From contig NC_043013.1 of assembly GCF_006345805.1 (NCBI RefSeq), positions 34,658,001 through 34,722,000 of the forward strand: a stretch of 64,000 bases of DNA, written 5' to 3'. The DNA is from Octopus sinensis. Lineage: Eukaryota. The notes under the pieces were generated by a model. That model had not been told where the DNA came from. It saw nothing but the letters and a program-made list of their open reading frames with translations, and did not search any database. The translations under genes and the position numbers were made by a program. Of the stretch, positions 26,263-40,439 are shown in pieces (position 1 is the stretch's first letter; each line of letters opens with the position of its first letter).

Positions 26263-27785
26263 ACATGCACATATGTATACACACATATATATAGACACAT
26301 ATATTGCATATATTTATATACATATATGCATATGTATATATGGATATGTATATATGTATATATATGGATATATATATTCATACATACATATATGTATATT
26401 CATACATATATACACACATGCATATATATGACTATATATATACATATATACACACACACATATATATATATATTCATACATACATATATGTATTTTCATT
26501 CGCACATATATGCGTATGTATGTTTTCCATATATGGTCAATTGGGCCCCTTGCCCAGTCTCCACCAGAATATGTCCCCACCCACAATCATCTCTCTAAAA
26601 TACTGCTATTATTATATGTCACCAGATTTGCATACTTTGCCAGCTTTTCCCCTGATACTACTTATCTTTCTCACTACCTGAAGCCATTTCACTTAATATC
26701 CATCTTAATCTTGAACGCTGTCCTTTCCACCTTTTTTTTTTACATTAATCACTCTCCAGAGCCACTAAATTATCTCTCTTTCTCTACCCCCGTACACCTC
26801 CCACTCTTCCCATTCATTATACCTGCTTCTATCCCCACACTCTTTTAACCTACACAACCACCTACCGTCTGACTGTTAATCTATAATTTTTGTTTTTCCA
26901 TCTTCTTTCATTTCTCTCCTGTCTACTGCATCGCTATTGTTATTCTGCTGTTCTTTACCTTTCTTTTCTGCACTCTCAATTATCTACTTTCCCTTACCAC
27001 CCACAGAATAGGATTAATATATCATTAGTCACTCCCACCCCTTACTATATACTACATACACTCCTATTTCTACAGGTTTACCTACTCTCCCCCACCTTCA
27101 TTACTAATCCTCCTTTAACACTTATTCATTAAATTGACCCCTTTCAGTCATTCCCCATTTCTAACCATCTCTCACTTTCTAATACACTCTTGCAGTCTAT
27201 ATCCACACTCACACCCAGTTCTCCTGTTTCCAGTTACTTGTATTCATCTTGTACATTAAGGGTCTTCCCTGACACCTCATCCTCATTTTTATCTCATTCC
27301 AGTCCCACCTACATCATTTCCCACCCTCTCTTTTATTGTGCTAGAAGTCATATTTCTCCTTTACAACAAGAAACCTCCCCTGGTATGGAAAAAAACCATC
27401 TCCTTCTTCACTAAAGCCCCACTCATTTAAAAAGAATTTTCATGTTTCTTACAAGCTGCAGCATAATCTCACTAGTGTTGGTGCCACAGACAAAGCACCC
27501 AGTACATGCTGGGTGACAGTTTAGTGAAGAAATGGGACAAAATGATGCAAACTAATCTCAACAGGCAAAACAGCAAGGAGTACAACACTCATAGATAAGT
27601 GCTCAACTATCATGTATTGTCAAGATTTCTCATTATTTGAACTCAGAATGGAGCAATGGGTGAAATACTGCTAAGCATTTCATCCAGTGTGCTTACCATT
27701 CTGCCAGCTCATTGCCTTTTTCAGGAGTGTAATAATGCCAAAAATAAACTGCCCCAGTCAGTGACAACAAATATTTTATATATAT

Positions 27786-27852
<67 letters not shown>

Positions 27853-27871
27853 GTATATATATATGTATATA

Positions 27872-27957
<86 letters not shown>

Positions 27958-28143
27958 GTGAAATAGAAAGATGAATAATCTTGTAGTAGATTAATCAAAA
28001 GTTTAACCGATACCTTAGTAGCAAAAATCACAGCAGTGATTCAATCGGATTTTGGTAATTTGTGCCTTTCGAAACACGTGTAGAATGAAATAATACGATT
28101 TCTGTTCAATCTGCGTTCAGCTCCATTTCTTCAATTCACCAAT

Positions 28144-28208
<65 letters not shown>

Positions 28209-28310
28209 TACTTACATATACATGTATATATACATGCATATATGGGTACAGGATGTCAAAAACAATGAACAAAATGAGAAACGAGACAGACAGTATAAAG
28301 AACATTCCCT

Positions 28311-28358
28311 TCATCAGTTGTCCCCTGTTTTTCAAATGTAGGGACAAGACGCGACTTC
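28311..28358 (-). ncRNA. Partial or permuted hammerhead-like motif
   Basis: Minus strand: GAAGtcgcGTC-TTGTCCCT(loop)GGGGACAA-CTGATGA. A closed 8-bp stem I abuts both GUC and CUGAUGA; stem II is not evident. Confidence 0.4.
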
Positions 28359-29620
28359 ATTAAAACAGTTATTCCCGTAAAGCAAATTCAGAAAAAATTG
28401 GGATTTGTGGAGGGTTAAAGTGGTGACAAAAGCAGGACAATGAGAACAAAACAGAAAGGGCTGTTGAGCAATATCGAGACACACATACATAATTTCATAT
28501 TATGCTCTGCAATTGCCTAATGCTTTAGTTTGAAACATTTCTATGTTGAATTTACACATGTGGTTATTAGTATAATTATGCCTAAGCAAAATGTGTGTGT
28601 GCGAGTGTGTGTGGGTGAGTGTGTGTGAGTGTGTATGAGTGTGTGTGTGAATGTGTGTGAGTGTGTAAGTATACGTGTCTTTGTGTCTGTGTTTGTCCCC
28701 AACCACCACTTGACAACCGGTGTTGGAGTGTTTATGTTCCTGTAACTTAACAGTTTGCCTAAAGAGATCGATGGAATAAGTACTAGACATAGTAAAACAT
28801 AAGTCCTGAGATAGATTTGTTTGACTAATAAAACCCTTCAAGGTGGTGCTCCAGCATGGTTACAGTCTAATAACTGAAATGCATAAAAGATAAGAGATAA
28901 ACGACACAGACATACACACACACACATATATATGTGTAGATATATATATATATGCGTGTGTGTGTATGTATATATATATACACACATGTATGCACTAACA
29001 GGGCCATTATCATTAGTTTCCTGTCTGCTATGAAAACATGCCTGGCCAGGGGATGTATTAGTTTAATTGGAAACAGGGATGGGGGTTGGTGACAGGAAGA
29101 GCATCCTGGCATAGAAAATCCACTTCAATGAATTTGGTCTGCCTCCGTGCTAGGATTAAGAAGTAGATGTTAAAGCGATGACGATGACGATGATGATGAT
29201 GATGATGATGTGTGTGTGTATGTGTGTGTGTGAACATGTCTTCAGTTTCAGTCAGTCTGTGTATTGAGAAAGAGACAGACAGTCAGTCAGCCAGGCAGTC
29301 AGAGACCGAGTGAACGTGGGAGAGGGGGAGAGATTGGTTGTGATGGTGATGGTATTGGTGGTGGTGGTGGTGGTGGTGGTGTCGAAGGTGGTTTGCATGA
29401 CTATGTACTGTATATTGTGAAAGCCTTACATGCATACACACATGCATACAGGCATACACACACAAGCAAACACACACACACACATATACACATGTACATA
29501 TATATTTACACACACCCACACAGACGAGTGAGAGTAAGGCAATGTGTGTATGTGTACGTACATACATATATATATGTATATATATATATATATGTATGTA
29601 TATATATATATGTGTGTATG

Positions 29621-29652
<32 letters not shown>

Positions 29653-29686
29653 GTGTGTATGTGTATATATATATATATGTGTGTAT

Positions 29687-29731
<45 letters not shown>

Positions 29732-29739
29732 TATGTGTG

Positions 29740-29793
<54 letters not shown>

Positions 29794-30449
29794 CAAATGT
29801 GTAGTTGTGTATTTGATAAAGTTGTGTGTGTGCGTCTGCACATGTGTGTGTGCGTGTGTGTGTGCATGTGTGTGTGAGTGCATGTGTGTGTGTGTGTGTG
29901 TGTGCACATACTTCATGTGCGTCAGGTGTGTGCCTGTTGCTTTATACGTTACGCCTGCCACATAAGGCTGTTGCACATGTCACACAGAAGAAATTATTGC
30001 TGTCCCTTCTCAAATTAGCTTACTCGTTAGCGACTTAATTGAGAGAAGCATACAAAAGAAGATGGGAGGAAAAGCAAAAGAAAAGGGAAAGAAAAACAGA
30101 TAAATAAATATATAAACATATAAATAAGAACTTTATTAAATATTGCTGCTCTTTCTGACATTATTGCTGTTGTTATCATCATCATCATCGTCGACATCAT
30201 CATCATCATCATCACTAATATTATCAGCAGCATTAATATGATTATTAAACAGCAGCAGCAGTTGCAGCATTATAATTATTAAACATTGACATCAACATAT
30301 CTATCATCATCATCACCAGCATCCTCATCCATCTGATTAATAAACAATGACATCAATATATTTATCATCGTCATCATCATCATCATCATCATCATCATTA
30401 TCATCATCATCGTCATCATGATGCTTATTAGCATTATTGTTGACAACAT

Positions 30450-31010
30450 TAAGGCAGCAAGCCAGCGAAACTGCTAGCACACTCCACAAAATGCTTAGGT
30501 TTTCTGAGTTCAAATTCTGCCAGGGTCGACTTTGTCTTTTATCCTTTTGCAGGGGTCAATAAAATAAGTACCATTCGAGTACTGGGGCCTTTGTAATAGA
30601 CTTACACCTTCCCCTAAAATTGCTGGCTTTATCCCAAAATTTGAAACTATTATTGCCAGGGTCAACTTTATCTTTTATCCTTTTGCAGGGGTCAATAAAA
30701 TAAGTACCATTCGAGTACTGGGGCCTTTGTAATAAACTTACACCTTCCCCTAAAATTGCTGACTTTGCACCAAAATTTGAAACCATTATTGTTAACATCA
30801 TTTTGTTATTATCATTTTTGTCAAGGTGGTGAGCTGGCAGAATTGTTAGCATGACAAGCGAAATCTTAGCAGTATTTCACCTGTTCTTTCATTCTGAGCT
30901 GAAACTCTGCCGTGGTTGGCTTTGCCTTTTATCCTTTCAAGGTCAATAAATTGAGTACCAGTGGAATACTGGTGCTGATGTAATTTCAGGCCTTGTGCCT
31001 TTAGTAGAAA
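30450..31010 (+). mobile_element. Two family-B SINEs, the first with a 136-bp tandem duplication (30519-30790)
   Basis: GCCAGGGTC(G/A)ACTTT at 30519 and 30655. Confidence 0.8.
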
Positions 31011-31089
31011 ATGCTATTAGTAACAATTCAATAATAATAACATCAAAAAATACCTTAGGAATGAGAACCCAGGTTTGAAATTTCTCTGA

Positions 31090-31135
31090 GGCACCTGATG
31101 AAGGCTGGAGGGTATATCAGCTGAAACGTTGTGTT
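31090..31135 (+). ncRNA. Minimal hammerhead family 1, within element fragment 31031-31180
   Basis: ggcac-CTGATGA-a-GGCTG..CAGCT-GAAA-C-GTT-GTGTT; upstream (AAT)n-CATC..ATACCTTAGGAATGAGAACC as in the arms of 60898-61540. Confidence 0.75.
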
Positions 31136-31180
31136 AACAACAAACAAGATGAGGACAAATATACGTCAAATGTAAATAAC

Positions 31181-31982
31181 GGACGTTAAATGATGATGAT
31201 GATGAGGAGGAGGAGGAGGATGAGGATATATTCACTATATGCACTTATTTTTTGGTTTCTCACACACAGAAACACTCACACATACATACATATAGACGAA
31301 TACATGTGAACATTAATCTTTGTACAGTTTTGAATTTCCCCAAGACACCTGATGAAGGCTGGAGAGTAAATCAGCCGAAACGTTGTATTAACAACAAAAC
31401 AAGATGAGGACAAATATCAGTCAAATGTAAATAACGTAAATAATGTAAATAATGCATCTTTGTTTCTACATTTGCCCACCACCCTTTGACAACTGGTGTT
31501 GGTTTGTTCACATCCATATAATTCAGTAGTTTAGCGAAAGAGATTGAAGGAATATGTATCAGATTAAACAAATAATTATCAGTACTAGGGTTGATCTTTT
31601 TGATTGAAGGAAAAACCTTCCAAGCTAGTGTCCCAGCATGGTTCCAGTCCAATGACCCCACCAAGAACAAGATAAACGATGAGTTACGTGATGTTAATTA
31701 ATCCTAGCATGCAATCGTCTTATGTTACATTGCATTTTTGAAGCAGAGTTTCATGTACTCATGTTAGCAAGCTATAAAGACCAGCTTACCACAAAATATG
31801 TACTTTAGCGAGAATCTATTATACATGCAATAAACACACATCTTGTATAATACAGTAAGTATCAAACAAGCTGTCCCTTGTGGATATAGATAAAGCATTA
31901 ACAAAAGGGATCTCTCTGATCCCTTTCTGTTTATGTGTGCAAGTGCGTATCTACTAAACATATCAATGATCCCTGGCAATTT
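31181..31982 (+). repeat. Copy 2 of the ~780-bp composite duplication
   Basis: Colinear with 4083-4860. Confidence 0.9.
31343..31389 (+). ncRNA. Minimal hammerhead family 1
   Basis: gacac-CTGATGA-a-GGCTG..CAGCC-GAAA-C-GTT-gtatt. Confidence 0.75.
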
Positions 31983-32224
31983 TGTTGAGTTAACAGAAAA
32001 GTATCTTATGTAGTTGCTCGGCATGCTAGAAATAACAACCACATCTACTTTAAATCATACCTCGCCTTCTTAAAAATTAATCAAAATACATTAGATAAAT
32101 TGGTGCTTGACATATATATTAAAAAAACACATTAGGGTCAATATGGCAATGTCTGAATAATATGGCATCAAGATCAACTTAGGGATCGATAAATGATACA
32201 AACAACAGCTATCATCATTATTGT

Positions 32225-32600
32225 TGTGGCATTCTGTTGGTTAGGATGACGAGGGTTCCAGTTGATCTGATCAATGGAACAGCATGCTCATGAAATTAAC
32301 GTGCAAGTGGCTGAGCACTCCACAGACATGTGTACCCTTAATGTAGTTGTTGGGGAGATTCAGTGTAACACAGATTGTGAAAAGGCTGGCCCCTTTGAAA
32401 TACAACAGAAACAGGAAGAGAGAGTGAGAGAAAGTTGTGGTGAAAGAGTACAGCAGGGTTTGCCAGTACCCCCTAACAGAGCTTTGTGGAACTTTAAGTG
32501 TTTTCACTCAATAAACATTCACAACATCCGGTCTGGGAATTGAAACTGCAATCCTACGACTGCAAGTCCGCTGCCGTAACCACTGGGCCATTGTGCCACC
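32225..32600 (-). mobile_element. SINE family C (long form)
   Basis: Colinear with 46577-46965; tRNA-like head at the right end. Confidence 0.8.
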
Positions 32601-33005
32601 AGAATAACTATTATTATCCTCAACAAAATCAAAATCAGTCTGGGCCTAACTAAGACAACAACGAGCCAATGAGAGAGATTCAAAGGAGTCATTTGTCATT
32701 TCAGGAGCAGCAACCAGATTCCTCTCAAATTATGTCTTACTGTCATACAAGGTCATAAAAATGACACATGTTGTTACCCTTCATGGTTCATTGTTGTTCT
32801 GCTAATTGCATAGTGGCTTCACTAGTGTTGAGGTTGTGAGAAAAAGCACCAGCATATCCTGTAAAATGGTTGGAATTAGGAATGGCATCCAGGTGCTGAA
32901 GCCATGTCAGGGTACACACCTGAGAATGATGCAGGTCTTTTGTCTTGTCAGATCCTATCAAACTGAACAATTCATACCAGTATTGATCATAGATATTAAA
33001 CGAGG

Positions 33006-33365
33006 GTGATGATGATGATGATGGTGATGATGTTGATGATGATGGTGATGAGGATAATGATGGTGGTGGTGGTGGTGGTGGTAGTGGGAATGATGATGAT
33101 GGTGATAGTGATGGTGGTGGTGATGATGAAGATGATGATGATGATGGTTGTGGTGGTGGTGATGGTGGTGATGATGATGACAGTGGTGATGATGATGACG
33201 ATGGAGATGATGTCTACGATGACTACGATGACTACGATGACTACGATGACTACAATGATGATGATGTTGATGACGATGATAATGATGATGATGGTGATGA
33301 TAACAACAACGACGACGGTGATGATGACTACGCTGATGAAGATGAAGATGATGCCGATGACGATA
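33006..33365. repeat. (GAT/GGT)n tract
   Basis: Directly visible. Confidence 0.9.
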
Positions 33366-35910
33366 TTGGATAGATTAGTCTTAGATACACAATGTCTGAA
33401 GAAAAACAAAAAAAATAAAATAAAAAATATGATCACATGGGGGTTTTGTTAGAAATCATTTGCTCAGAGGTTTGCTTGATCAGAGATGATCTGGGATTAA
33501 CCAGAAAATTAGAATCAGCATCAACGTTACTAACCCCCACCGCTACCCACCTACACCAACAAGCACAAGAGGATCCCCAACTCTGCTACTACTGCCATTA
33601 AGACCAACACTGGTACCGTGACCTCTGGCAGAGCATCGCCACTACACCGACCACACTGCCACCAGTGTCAACCGTTGAAGGCAGACTGGTACAGATGAAA
33701 TGACTCAACATAATGATGCAATTTCATTGGTTGATGGATTCAGGCCAGCTGTGCTGTGTCAATATTGAGTAAGGTGGGAAGAATCACCAAGACACCATCG
33801 ACTTTATTGATGAATGTAACAGCAGCTTTATATTGACTCTTTGTCTGTCTGCGTGTGTGCGAGAGTGTGTGTGTGCATGCGCAAATGCGAGCGTGTGTGT
33901 GTTCCTATTTCAGCAATACACACAATTACACTTGAACTAATGTTTACAAATATACGTTTTACATATATACACATTTGAGATATATATATATGTATGTATG
34001 TAATGATATATATATATATATGTGTGTGTGTGTGTATGTGTGTGTGTGTATCTGTGTGTATGTAATTAGATATATATAAATATATATATGTATATATGTA
34101 ATTAGACATATGCGTGTGTGTATGTATATATATATTTAGACATATATATATACATACATATATATATGAATGTATGTAATTAGACAGACACACACATGCA
34201 CATATACATGTATATACACATATATCATTCTTCCCACACAAACACACAGAGTAGTGTCTACCTCTGTGAGTGTATGTCAGTGTATGAATGTGTGTATAAA
34301 TGTGCTTTGTAAATCAGTAAGAGAGAGAGAGAGACATACAGACAGAGACAGAGAGAGAGAGTGGGAAAGAGTGAGTAAGAGAGAAACTTATATATACTTC
34401 TATATATATATACAAAAATAAATACATTACAGAGATGTGAGTTCATTTTACAATTAGACATACATATGTACATCCATACATAAACACACACACATACACA
34501 CACACATACAAACACACACACATTCATGGAACGCACATGAAAAAACGTTGAGGTCTACCTAGGTGTATGGATGCTTTTCACACACACACACACATATATA
34601 TATATATACACACATATACACCTGTCTGTTTTCATGTATGTGTGTGTGTGTGTGACACATACACACACACACACATATATATACATATATACACATAGTA
34701 TGTGCATGAGTGATTGATCATTGCTTCGGTTTCAGCTCAGTTGAATGGACAGCAGCCCACTCTCCATGATCAACATCGATTGATTGATAAGAGTAAGCTA
34801 AGTTCCTATGATTCAATGCTCATGTTTGCTGGAGCTAAAGTTTGCAGCCAAAGGTGCTGAGAAAAGCTGTATACTTTGTATTTGCTAACCAACACACTTG
34901 TGTTCTCTGTCATCATGTGAAATTGGGTTAAATCATGTTCATTCATGTTTAATCGCACTGAAAGATAATTAACCAGGTCAGAAGTCATCTTTTGATAATT
35001 TTTCTATCAACATTATCATTATTATTATTATCAACATTATTATTATTATTATTACTATTATTATTGTAGCAACAGATTGCCGACATCCTTAAAGCATCAG
35101 GGAAAAAAATGTTTCTTAGTGGTATTTGTTGTGGATCTTTACACACTGAGTTCAAACCTGGTTGAAGCAAGGATTGTCTGTCATTCTGCTGGGAGTCAAT
35201 AAAAATGAAGTAGTATAGTAACAGATTAGATGAATAGGGTTTAATTGATTGCTTCTGTCTCATTACTGATTTCCTGGCCTTGTGTCTATGTCAGGACCAA
35301 CGAATTTTAATATTGTTGTTATTTTTTTATCACCACTACCCCGACCACACTGCCACCACTGTCAACCACTGAAAGCAGACAGGTACAGATGAAATGACTC
35401 AACATAATTAAGGTGGTGAGATGGCAGAATCATTAGCATGCCAGGAAAAAGGCTTAGTGGTATTTCATCAGTCTTCACGTTCTGAGTTCAAATTCTGCCA
35501 AGGCCAACTTTGCCTTTCATCCTTTCAGGGTTGATGAAACAAATACCAGTATAGTACTGGAGTTTATGTAATCCCTGCAAATTTCAGGCCTTGTACCTAT
35601 ATTAGAAAGGATAATTTTTTTTATCTTTTACTTGTTACACACAGTGAGCTATGGCCATGCTGGTGCACCACTTTTGTCAAACAAATCAACCCCAGTGCCT
35701 TTTGTTTATTTTTCTTTTTTTTTGAGTCTGGTACAAATCCTATCAGTCTTTTTTGCTGAACTGTTAGTTTACATGGATGTAAACAAACCAACACTGGTTG
35801 TTAAGGTTAGAGTGGGGGACAAACACATACATTTCCACACAATTTCCATCAACTGAATTCTCTTCCAAGGCATTGGTCAACCAAAGGCTATACTAGAAGA
35901 CACTTGCCCA

Positions 35911-36097
35911 AAGTATGTGGAACAAATAGGGGCTGCAATAAGGGTGGAGCACTTGTAGAAAACAGCACTGCTTGGAACCGCTCGAATACTCCAGAAGGTG
36001 CTAAAAAAATAAGGTGTTGCCTTAGTTCACTGGTAGTGAACAGCTGACACTGTAATACATCTCCAGCGTTAGAAGCTGTGCAAAGGCAATAATAATA

Positions 36098-36150
<53 letters not shown>
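35911..36150 (+). mobile_element. 3' end of an R4/Dong-like non-LTR retrotransposon running into (AAT)n
   Basis: Translates KYVEQIGAAIRVEHL*KTALLGTARILQKVLKK*, matching the (Q)K..LLGTARILRKVL C-terminal motif of R4/Dong; short 3' UTR, then (AAT)n from about 36088. Confidence 0.75.
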
Positions 36151-36154
<4 letters not shown>

Positions 36155-36854
36155 ATTCTATTATTGGCACAAGGCCTGAAATTTGGGAATAGGGAGATGG
36201 TTTATTACATTGACTGGGAATCAAAACCACAATCCTCCGACCACGAGTCCGCTGCCCTAACCACTGGTCCATTGTGCCTCCACAAATACACATACACTCA
36301 AGTAAATGCAGCAGGTTTCTTTCAGTTTCCATCTACCTCCTTGCCATTGTCACCATCATTTAATGTCCACTTTTCCAAGTTTGCATAGGTCAAGAAGAAA
36401 TTTTTGAGGCAAATTTTCTATGGCTGGATGCCCTTCCTGTTGCTAACCCTCACCTGCTACCAAGCAAGGTAATATTTCCTTGAAGCCACACAAAATCACC
36501 TCTATGATGGCAAAGCTTGTTTTACAATCAACACATGAGATCAAAACAAGGCTACACACAAACAAACATACTCATCTACCAAATCCACTCACGAGGCTTT
36601 GATTGGCCTGGGGGGCTAAAGTCAAAGACACTTGCCCAAGATGCTGTACAGCGAGATTGAACCCTTGCCCACATGGCTGGAAGGCATGTAATGACTACTG
36701 AAATGTATTTGTTGTTAGACAGCACTCTTGGATATTGGAGACACTCTGTACAAACAAACAGGTTCCAAAACCGTGCTACATCTAAATGGAAAAAATAACC
36801 ATACCATCATACATCTAGAAGACAAAGAGAAAATAATTAAAACAAACCACATAC

Positions 36855-36969
36855 TCAAAGACAAATTGTTGTAGAACACAAAGTTCTACATTCCCAAAAG
36901 ACAATGCAGCACATAGCTGAAGAATGCGGAGGTGCACCTGATGGTGCAGTAGAAACTTGCATGAAACCA
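36855..36969 (-). other. Candidate 115-nt exon
   Basis: Minus-strand TATGTTCTCAG|TGGTTT...CTTTGA|GTATGT; a complex island among (AAT)/(AAC) tracts. Product not recognised. Confidence 0.3.
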
Positions 36970-38864
36970 CTGAGAACATAACAACAACTATAATAATAGT
37001 AAAAACAATGATAATAATAATAATAATAATAATGGTAAAAATGCTCAACAAGAAGAAAAAGAACCAACAATTGTCAGTCTCCTTGCTGTTAAAAAACATC
37101 AAAGTTAATGATTTTTCTGTTCTATTGTTTACTGCTATTGTTTATATACACGTGTGTACGTGTTGTGTGTATGTGTTGTGTGCACATGTTGTGTGTACGT
37201 GCATCGATGCAAGTAAGTATCTGTGCATGCATGTAAGTAAGGGTAAGTTGTTCTTTTTAAATGCATGTCTGAGAAAATTTAACGAACAAGAGATTAGTCA
37301 GAAGGCTGGAGGAAGTATGAGAAGTGGAGCGGGGGTGGGGTGGGGTGGGGGTGGGGGTAAGGGAAGAGTTGAACTGAAACACTGGAGAAGTTTAAACTAC
37401 GACTACCTCCCACCACTCGAACAACAACAACAACAACAACAAATCGGATAAAATAAAATAAACTAAGAACAACAAATTAACAATAAAATGGAAAAGGAAA
37501 ATGAAAGAAAAGTAAATATATAGAATTTTAAAATGATGTAAATACAAATACAAAATTGCCACCACCATCCCCATCATCAGCATTATTATTATTATTATTA
37601 TTATTATGATCATCATCATCATTACCATTATTACTGTTATCATTCTCATCAGCGAGAGCAACAACAACAACAACAACAACAACAAGATCAGGTAAAATAT
37701 AAAGCATAATGAAACAGCAGGGATGTCGCAAACAAACAAGAAAAAAAAATATACAACAAAAAAAGATATTGTTTAAAAGAATTAATTGATGGCAAACAAA
37801 ATAAACAAAACAGATAATTAAAAACAGAAAGTAAGAATAGTATAATTAATTTTTGTTTTTTGGGGGTTTTTTTTTTGGTTAATTTTAAATAAATAAGTTG
37901 CTGCTGCCATTGTTATTGTTGTTGTTGTTGTTGTAGGTGTTGTTGTTTGACATTGTTTATTTTGAAAAGAGAGTAATGTAGTTTTCTTGTTTGTGTATTT
38001 GTTATTGTGGTCTTTAATTAATTGTCTGCCATTGGTTGGTTGTTGTCTTCATCGTCATCTTGCTATTTTAATGTTGACGAGGATAAGTCTCGCCTTGTCT
38101 TAGTCTCATTTGTGTTCCGTCTCCTTCTTTCATCTTTGTTTTTCACTGAAGTTTGTATAATGACACCATTTCATCATTTGTTCTCACTGCAGAAAGTCTT
38201 TAGGGTTTTTTGGTTTTTTTTTTTTTTTGGTTTTTGTTATTGTTTTAAATATTTTTCAGGTTTTCTTTATTTTTGTGCAACTGTTTTCCATTGAATTTTT
38301 CTTATATTTTTTTCCTTCTTGTCTGTATTAAATAGGTTTCTTTTCTGTTTTTTTTTTTTCGTTTGCAAAATCTTTTTCCCAACTTTAAGATTGCGTGCAA
38401 GTATGTGTGTCTGCCTGAGCATGTGAGTGCGTGTATTTGTGTGTGTGTGTGCAAGAGAGAGAGAGAGAGAGAGAGTGAGAGAGAGCATGTGTCTATGAAT
38501 CATCATCATCATCATTATCATCATCGTTTCATAAAGGGGCTTCTCCTGCTGTCAGGGTTGGACGATTCTCTTATGACATTTCACACCATTTGGTCCTTCA
38601 TAATCTGACTCGTACACACAGCAACACAGAATATTAACCTCTTCCTTCTCTTCCACAAGACAGGTCATTTCCAACAAAAGCTAAACAGTCCTCTCTATAC
38701 AGTGCAACATCCATTTATTCCTCCTTTTATTCAACACAATATCCATAGCTATAAACCCTTCCTATCACTAAACACTCTAAAACAAGGACTGAGTACAATT
38801 TTTATTGTGCCAAAGGCTCTAAACAGCTTGTTTCCAACAATCCTAAGAAATCCTCTCTGGGTTA

Positions 38865-39160
38865 CTCTCTCTTTTACTCTTTTACTCTTTTACTTGTTTC
38901 AGTCATTTGACTGTGGCCATTGTGGAGCACCGTCTTTAGTTGAGCAAATCGACCCCAGGACTTATTCTTTGTAAGCCTAGTACTTATTCTATCAGTCTCT
39001 TTTGCTGAACCGCTAAGTTAAGGTGACGTAAACACACCAGCATCTGTTGTCAAGCGATGTTGGGGGGACAAACACAGACACACAAACATATGTATACACA
39101 CACATATATACACATATATACACATATATACGACAGGCTTCTTTCAGTTTCCATCTACCA
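38865..39160 (-). mobile_element. SINE family A, 5'-truncated
   Basis: Matches family A, including the (TACTCTTT)n tail. Confidence 0.8.
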
Positions 39161-39937
39161 ACATTTACTTGTAATATGGTATTAAAGTTTTCATCACCTC
39201 AAACTATAAATTGTTTACTGACAAAAAGTAGGGTTGCATTTTTCGTCAGTGACCAGATCACAGTTTTGAGTGATGAAAATTTTGAAGCATACAAAAAAAA
39301 AATTAACATTATTTTCCATCTTATTGTTAGTTTTGTCATTTTGAAAAATAAACATTTACTTTATGGTTTGTCATTGTTTACATTTTGAATTATTTTTCTT
39401 TATATTTTGAACCATTTACATATACTTGAGGGCACCAAAACCTTTTGGGCCTCTATGGGTCTTAATCGAGCCTTGCCTCAAGGACTTTTCCTATTGATCT
39501 TATGAATACTGATAAGGTAACAACAGTAACTGCAATCCCCTCCACCATCATTTATGCCCTCACACACATACAGAGAGAAAGAAAAACAGACATTAATATG
39601 TACCTGCCCGGATATATAACATACGGGCAACCACATGGTTCTGGGTTCAGTCCCACTGCGTGGCACTTTGGGAAAGTCAAACTCATCAAACCAGTACTTT
39701 ATTTAAGTCTAGCATTTATTCTTATGGCCTGTTTTACTTAACTGCTAATATACAAGGATGTAAACAAACAATACTTGTTGCCAAACAGTAGTAGGAGGCC
39801 AAACACTAATACAAATATACACACACACACACATTTGAGTGTATGTGTGTGAGTCTCTCTCTGTCTCTGTCTGTCTGTCTATCTGTCTCTCTATATATAT
39901 ATATTGGGTATGAGTAATTATTTCATTTATATCTCGC

Positions 39938-39997
39938 ATATTTGCTGCTGAAGAGGGGAAAATTTCTTATGAATTAACCCCGAAATTGGACCAATAT
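39938..39997 (+). ncRNA. Degenerate hammerhead motif, family 4
   Basis: CTGAAGA-GGGG..AATT../..AATT..CCCC-GAAA-TTG-GAC-CAATAT; triplet GAC in place of GUC; imperfect stem I with ATATTTG. Confidence 0.55.
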
Positions 39998-40345
39998 GGT
40001 AATAACGAATTTTTTAGAGATTTCTATCGGTTTGTTTCGAGGTGCATAAATTATAATGGTTATCGACAATTTTTTGTTTCGGCAAATTTGGCATTAGAAT
40101 TTTTCTTCTGCCCTTATCTTGTAAATTATGTATAAATTTTACCTTTAAAGGCATTTTTTGATATGCTGGCCATTGATAAAATTTTTTTCCCAAAAGAAAT
40201 TTTATCCTATATTAATTATGTATATATATATATATATATAATGCATGAATATATGTAGTTCAAATTTACAGAAAACAAAAGACAAAGATGGGTGAGGAAA
40301 CCAGCAGCCAGTGTATTAGTTTGATGCACTGGAAGAATAGGAAAA

Positions 40346-40383
40346 TCTTTGACGTTTCAAGCCTATGCTCTTTGACAGAATGG
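40346..40383 (-). ncRNA. Degenerate hammerhead motif, family 5
   Basis: Minus strand: CTGTCAA-a-GAGC(atag)GCTT-GAAA-C-GTC-AAAGA; the core is mutated. Confidence 0.4.
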
Positions 40384-40439
40384 ATTGAGAGGTGTTAAAA
40401 TGGGGAGAGAAAAAATGTGTAGGGATTAATTGTTTAAAA

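Noticed and set aside
26540-27420. Pyrimidine-rich ORF cluster
   Set aside because: Strand-biased low-complexity sequence, possibly an old LINE; no motif could be confirmed.
28053-28142. Possible minus-strand hammerhead TTGAAGA...GAAAGGCACAA
   Set aside because: Stem I is plausible, but there is no NUH triplet and no convincing stem II.
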